A stretch of 64,000 nucleotides of DNA from Candidatus Latescibacterota bacterium (GTDB lineage Bacteria; Latescibacterota; UBA2968). The position numbers were made by a program, and so were the translations under genes. Below the pieces are notes generated by a model. The model was not told where the DNA came from, made no database searches, and saw only the letters and a program-made list of their open reading frames with translations. This document shows positions 60,119 to 64,000 of the stretch, one piece after another. The DNA lies in the NCBI GenBank assembly GCA_965204745.1, contig OZ242010.1, positions 1,152,001 through 1,216,000 on the forward strand, written 5' to 3'. Position 1 is the stretch's first letter. Each line of letters starts with the position of its first letter.

Positions 60119-60148
60119 AGCTTGGCGATCCGCCGGGCTTATTTTTTG
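60119..60148 (+). terminator. Terminator after tRNA-Leu
   Basis: AGCTTGGCG-ATC-CGCCGGGCT followed by TATTTTTT. Confidence 0.65.
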
Positions 60149-60243
60149 TAGGTCAGCAATCGGCCCTGCCCATCATCCCGAAATTGGAACAACGATGGTG
60201 TGCATCTGAGCGCGACTGATTCACCCTTTAACTTTTCAAACCA

Positions 60244-63147
60244 ATGCCTACGACCAACGAAGTCGCCTTCAATTTCCCGCTACTGGAAGTACTGCGATCC
60301 AAGCATCCGCACTGGCGCGAGCGCGCCGCCGTGGAGCAACATGGCCTCATCCGAGAAACCGATGAGCGCCCGGATATTCTCATTCGTCCGGCGGGTGGGG
60401 TTCCGGTCGTCATCGAAACCGAGTTTGAGCCTGCGCGCAACGTGGAAGATGAGGCCAAAGCGCGTTTGGGAAAACATCTGCAATACAACGGCGACCAAAT
60501 CGAGCAGACCATCGCGGTGCGGATCCCGCAGGAACTGAGCCGCACGCCCCAAAGTGACTTGAAGCGACAAATCGAGGCCGCCGAGTTCCGCTATTGCACC
60601 TTTTCGCTGCAAGAAGCGGATGCCATCGCGCGCTGGCCGGCTGCGGGCTGGCTGACCGGTACCATGGACGACCTCGCCACTTGCATTGAAAATGTCGCCC
60701 TGTCCGAACGCTTGCTCGCCGAGGGCACGCGGATTTTGGAGCAGAGCATCGGCGAGGCCGCCGGCCGGTTGCGCGAAACCGCAGGCCCCCATGTGCTTGG
60801 GAAAATGGCGCGTGCCCTCCACCAAGCAGATGGCGATCAAACCTCGCGCATGGCCTGCGCCATCGTCGCCAACGCGCTCGTTTTTCACACCGCCATCGCC
60901 GCGGCCCACGGCATCGACACCATCGACGAACTCCGCAGTCCGGGGAATAACGCGGTCAGCAAAAGCCGCGTGCTCGCCTGTTGGCGGCATATTCTCGACC
61001 ACATCAATTACTATCCCATTTTCCACATCGCCTCCGAGTTGCTGTTGCCCATTGACGACCACACGGCGCAAGCGGTGCTCGACCGGCTCGCGCAGGCGGC
61101 CAGCGAGTTGGCGGGCTTGGGCGCGACGACCTTGCACGACTTGTCCGGGCGCGTGTTCCAACGGCTGATTGCGGATCGGAAGTTCCTCGCCACGTTCTAC
61201 ACCTTGCCGACATCGGCGGCCCTGCTCGGCGAGTTGGCTGTGGCGCGGCTTGACGAGCGGACGGATTGGGCAGATCCGAAGTCCCTCGTCGGCCTGCAAG
61301 TCGCGGACTTGGCATGCGGGACGGGTGCCCTGCTCTCGGCGGCGTATCGCGCTTTATCGGCGCGCCACCGGCGAACTGGCGGAGATGATCGGGCCTTGCA
61401 TCGGCGGATGATGGAACGCGCCCTCATCGCGGCGGACATCATGCCCGCGGCCACGCACCTGACCGCGTCGATGCTGTCGAGTGCCCACCCGGGGACGACC
61501 TTTGGTCATACCCGCGTCCACACCTTGCCATACGGTCGACAAAGTCAGGAAAAACAGCGAGTAATGGCCTTGGGCGCGCTCGACCTGATTGCGTATGACG
61601 CCACGCCGTCGCTGTTTGGGACGGGCATCCAAGTGGCGCAGGGCACGGGCGCAGATGTGGAGACAGCGGGGAGTTCAGACATGATCATGCCTCGAGAATC
61701 AGCGAATCTGGTGATCATGAACCCGCCCTTTACGCGGCCCACCAACCACGAGAGTACCGAAGTCCCGGTGCCGTCATTTGCAGGGCTGAACACGACCAAA
61801 GACGAACAGCAGGCCATGGCCAAGCGTCTGTCCGAGATCCGGCGGCGGTTGTCCCATCCGTGCGGCCACGGCAACGCGGGCCTGGCCTCCAACTTTGTCG
61901 ATCTCGGGCACGCCAAGCTCGGTCCGGGTGGGGTTCTCGCGCTGGTGCTCCCCGCGGCGTGTGTGAGCGGCAACTCTTGGGCGAATTTCCGGCGCTTGTT
62001 GGAACGCGAATACGAGGGGTTGACCGTGCTGACCATTGCGGCACACGGCCAGACGGATCGGGCGTTTTCTGCGGATACGGGGATGGCGGAGGCCCTTGTG
62101 GTGGCGACTAAGCGACGCGATGGGAAAAATGGGGAAGGCGGGAAAACCCTGTTCGTCAATTTTTACCACCGGCCGGGCAGTATCGCAGAAGCGGTTGAGA
62201 TGGCGCGGGCCGTGCGGCAAATCCCGGGCAATGCGCGACAGGGGCGGTTGTGCATCGGCGATAGCGAGATGGTCGGCACGTACATTCGGGCATCGTTGCG
62301 TCAAGGCGGCTGTGCATCCCTGCGCGAGACGACGCTGGCAGATGCCGCCCTCGGTTTGGCAAAAGGGACGCTTCAACTGCCGCGGGGATACACCGCGCCG
62401 CTGGCGACGACTCGCCTCGGCGACCTCGGCGAGAAGGGCTTGCTCCACCGCGACATTTCCGGGAAGAACAGCAATGGCACGCCGCGAGGGCCGTTTGACA
62501 TCATCCCCATTCAAGGCATACCGCAATATCCTGTGCTGTGGGGACATGCCGCCGACCACGAACGCAACCTCGTCGTCCCGGCCGATAGCGAAGGCGAGGT
62601 GCGCCCCAGTTGCGATGACCGTGCCGTCGCGGTCTGGAATCGCACGGCGTCGCGGTTGCATTTCACGCTTGATTTCGGGCTTAGTTCACAAAGTCTCGCC
62701 GCCTGCCTCACGCCGACCAAAGCCATCGGCGGCAGGGCGTGGCCGAATTTCCTGCCAGTTCAAGATGAGTGGAGCATCCCCCTCGTCTTGTGGGCGAATA
62801 CCACCTTGGGCCTTCTCGCCTTCTGGTGGATTGGAAGCCGACAACAGCAGGCCCGCACAATCCTCACAATCTCCCGGTTACCCCGCCTAACCGTGCTGGA
62901 TCCGCGCACCTTAAGCCCGGCGCAACTCGGTCAAGCCGAGGCGATCTTTGAGCGATTCAAGGACGCGACATTCCTCCCGGCCAATGAGGCGTATCGAGAC
63001 CGCACCCGCCAAGCCCTCGACCGCGCCATCTTGATCGACCTATTGCACCTGCCCGAAGCGGCCCTCGAACCCCTCGCCCTCCTCCGCGACCAATGGTGCG
63101 CCGAACCGAGCGTGCATGGCGGCAAAAGCACGCGGATTGATGTTTGA
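60244..63147 (+). CDS. Type IIG-like fused restriction endonuclease/N6-adenine methyltransferase
   Basis: N-terminal RPDILI...IETEF nuclease motif, ATFYT, DLACGTG motif I, MNPPF motif IV, C-terminal TRD-like region. Confidence 0.85.
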   Translation: MPTTNEVAFNFPLLEVLRSKHPHWRERAAVEQHGLIRETDERPDILIRPAGGVPVVIETEFEPARNVEDEAKARLGKHLQYNGDQIEQTIAVRIPQELSRTPQSDLKRQIEAAEFRYCTFSLQEADAIARWPAAGWLTGTMDDLATCIENVALSERLLAEGTRILEQSIGEAAGRLRETAGPHVLGKMARALHQADGDQTSRMACAIVANALVFHTAIAAAHGIDTIDELRSPGNNAVSKSRVLACWRHILDHINYYPIFHIASELLLPIDDHTAQAVLDRLAQAASELAGLGATTLHDLSGRVFQRLIADRKFLATFYTLPTSAALLGELAVARLDERTDWADPKSLVGLQVADLACGTGALLSAAYRALSARHRRTGGDDRALHRRMMERALIAADIMPAATHLTASMLSSAHPGTTFGHTRVHTLPYGRQSQEKQRVMALGALDLIAYDATPSLFGTGIQVAQGTGADVETAGSSDMIMPRESANLVIMNPPFTRPTNHESTEVPVPSFAGLNTTKDEQQAMAKRLSEIRRRLSHPCGHGNAGLASNFVDLGHAKLGPGGVLALVLPAACVSGNSWANFRRLLEREYEGLTVLTIAAHGQTDRAFSADTGMAEALVVATKRRDGKNGEGGKTLFVNFYHRPGSIAEAVEMARAVRQIPGNARQGRLCIGDSEMVGTYIRASLRQGGCASLRETTLADAALGLAKGTLQLPRGYTAPLATTRLGDLGEKGLLHRDISGKNSNGTPRGPFDIIPIQGIPQYPVLWGHAADHERNLVVPADSEGEVRPSCDDRAVAVWNRTASRLHFTLDFGLSSQSLAACLTPTKAIGGRAWPNFLPVQDEWSIPLVLWANTTLGLLAFWWIGSRQQQARTILTISRLPRLTVLDPRTLSPAQLGQAEAIFERFKDATFLPANEAYRDRTRQALDRAILIDLLHLPEAALEPLALLRDQWCAEPSVHGGKSTRIDV

Positions 63148-63264
63148 TCATAAGCAACCGAACAACACTGCGGGCACGGCTTGACGCGATGCTTAAAATG
63201 CCGTAACTTTTTTTAAGATGGCTACCCAAAAAATTCCATAGTCTTTGCCGAAAGGACTAATGCG

Positions 63265-64000
63265 ATGCAACCTGTCAAATTTATTTTCAAAAAAATCGGC
63301 CCGACAAAAAAGGCCGAACTGGAATTAGGCGACATCACGATCATTGCCGGGCGCAACAACACCGGCAAGACGTATCTGGTGTACACGCTTTACGGCTTTC
63401 TGAAACAGTGGTATAGGCAAAGGAATATATCGCCGGAAATAGAAAAAATAGTCGAAGAAGTGACAGAGAAGGGGCACTTCAAGCGCACCGTTGATAGAGA
63501 AACGCTCGATCAAGAGCGCAAAAAAATAATCCGCGGCGTGACCCGTTCCTTCTCGCAAGAAGACTTATCCGGTGTGTTCAGTTCTCCATCCGATGCTTTT
63601 GAAGAATCCTCTATCGAAGTCGAACTCCCCGGTGAATTTCCCAAAAATTTACAAATTGATATTCCTTATCCAAAAGGTGGCCTTGTTTCAATCCAGTACG
63701 ATGGAACCGATATTATCGCAATCGACAAAAACGCAAGAGAACAAAAGCGCGATGACCCCTTTTTTCCCTTTCTTATCTCGTATCGTTACTATCGTTTTCT
63801 GTTTCCAGAACTGTCTCTTGATCCGTTTATTCTCTCTGCCGAACGCTTTGGTATCTCGCTCTTCTACAAAGAACTCGATTTTACCAAGAACCAATTGGTG
63901 GATTATTTGCAGAAAATGAGCGACGACAAAAATAGGGATCGATTTTCTCCATATATCTTCATAGACAAAACGACCAGCCGCTACGCGCTTCCGATAAAAG
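63265..64000 (+). CDS. AAA_15/AAA_21-type ABC ATPase, 5' part (runs off the window)
   Basis: Manual translation MQPVKFIFKKIGPTKKAELELGDITIIAGRNNTGKTY...PFILSAERFGI; no stop seen before the window end. Confidence 0.85.
   Translation, partial: MQPVKFIFKKIGPTKKAELELGDITIIAGRNNTGKTYLVYTLYGFLKQWYRQRNISPEIEKIVEEVTEKGHFKRTVDRETLDQERKKIIRGVTRSFSQEDLSGVFSSPSDAFEESSIEVELPGEFPKNLQIDIPYPKGGLVSIQYDGTDIIAIDKNAREQKRDDPFFPFLISYRYYRFLFPELSLDPFILSAERFGISLFYKELDFTKNQLVDYLQKMSDDKNRDRFSPYIFIDKTTSRYALPIK

Noticed and set aside
58406-64000. Prophage or ICE integrated at the tRNAs
   Set aside because: No integrase, phage gene or tRNA 3' direct repeat was seen within the window.

Overview
Chromosomal replication-origin region of a moderately GC-rich bacterium. 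The gene content (GWxTD-TPR protein, DUF6785-type transporter, sulfatases, PhyH dioxygenase, many REP-like repeats) suggests a Latescibacterota/Gemmatimonadota-like, possibly sponge-associated lineage; this is inference only. Order: yidC(partial)-rnpA-rpmH <> dnaA-[oriC]-dnaN-recF-dciA-gyrB-gyrA, an S41 protease, catabolic genes, a defence block (C5-MTase/ParB/PD-(D/E)xK cassette plus a type I hsdR and fused hsdMS interrupted by a GxxExxY gene in palindromic repeats), envelope-modification genes, a PotABCD-like transporter, pyrH-MNT/HEPN-purD, purE, thioredoxins, a YejA-like binding protein, tRNA-Cys, a HEAT-repeat DNA methyltransferase, tRNA-Leu, a type IIG RM enzyme and a partial AAA_15-type ATPase. 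Most notable: (1) a GxxExxY nuclease gene bracketed by a 104-bp palindromic repeat array inside an RM operon; (2) a 30-bp hairpin micro-element found four times; (3) a GyrA C-gate-like module inside the S41 protease next to gyrA; (4) a Dcm-ParB-nuclease cassette; (5) several short gene-junction scars, including an EF-Tu 5' stub. All calls were made by eye from motifs; no searches were run.
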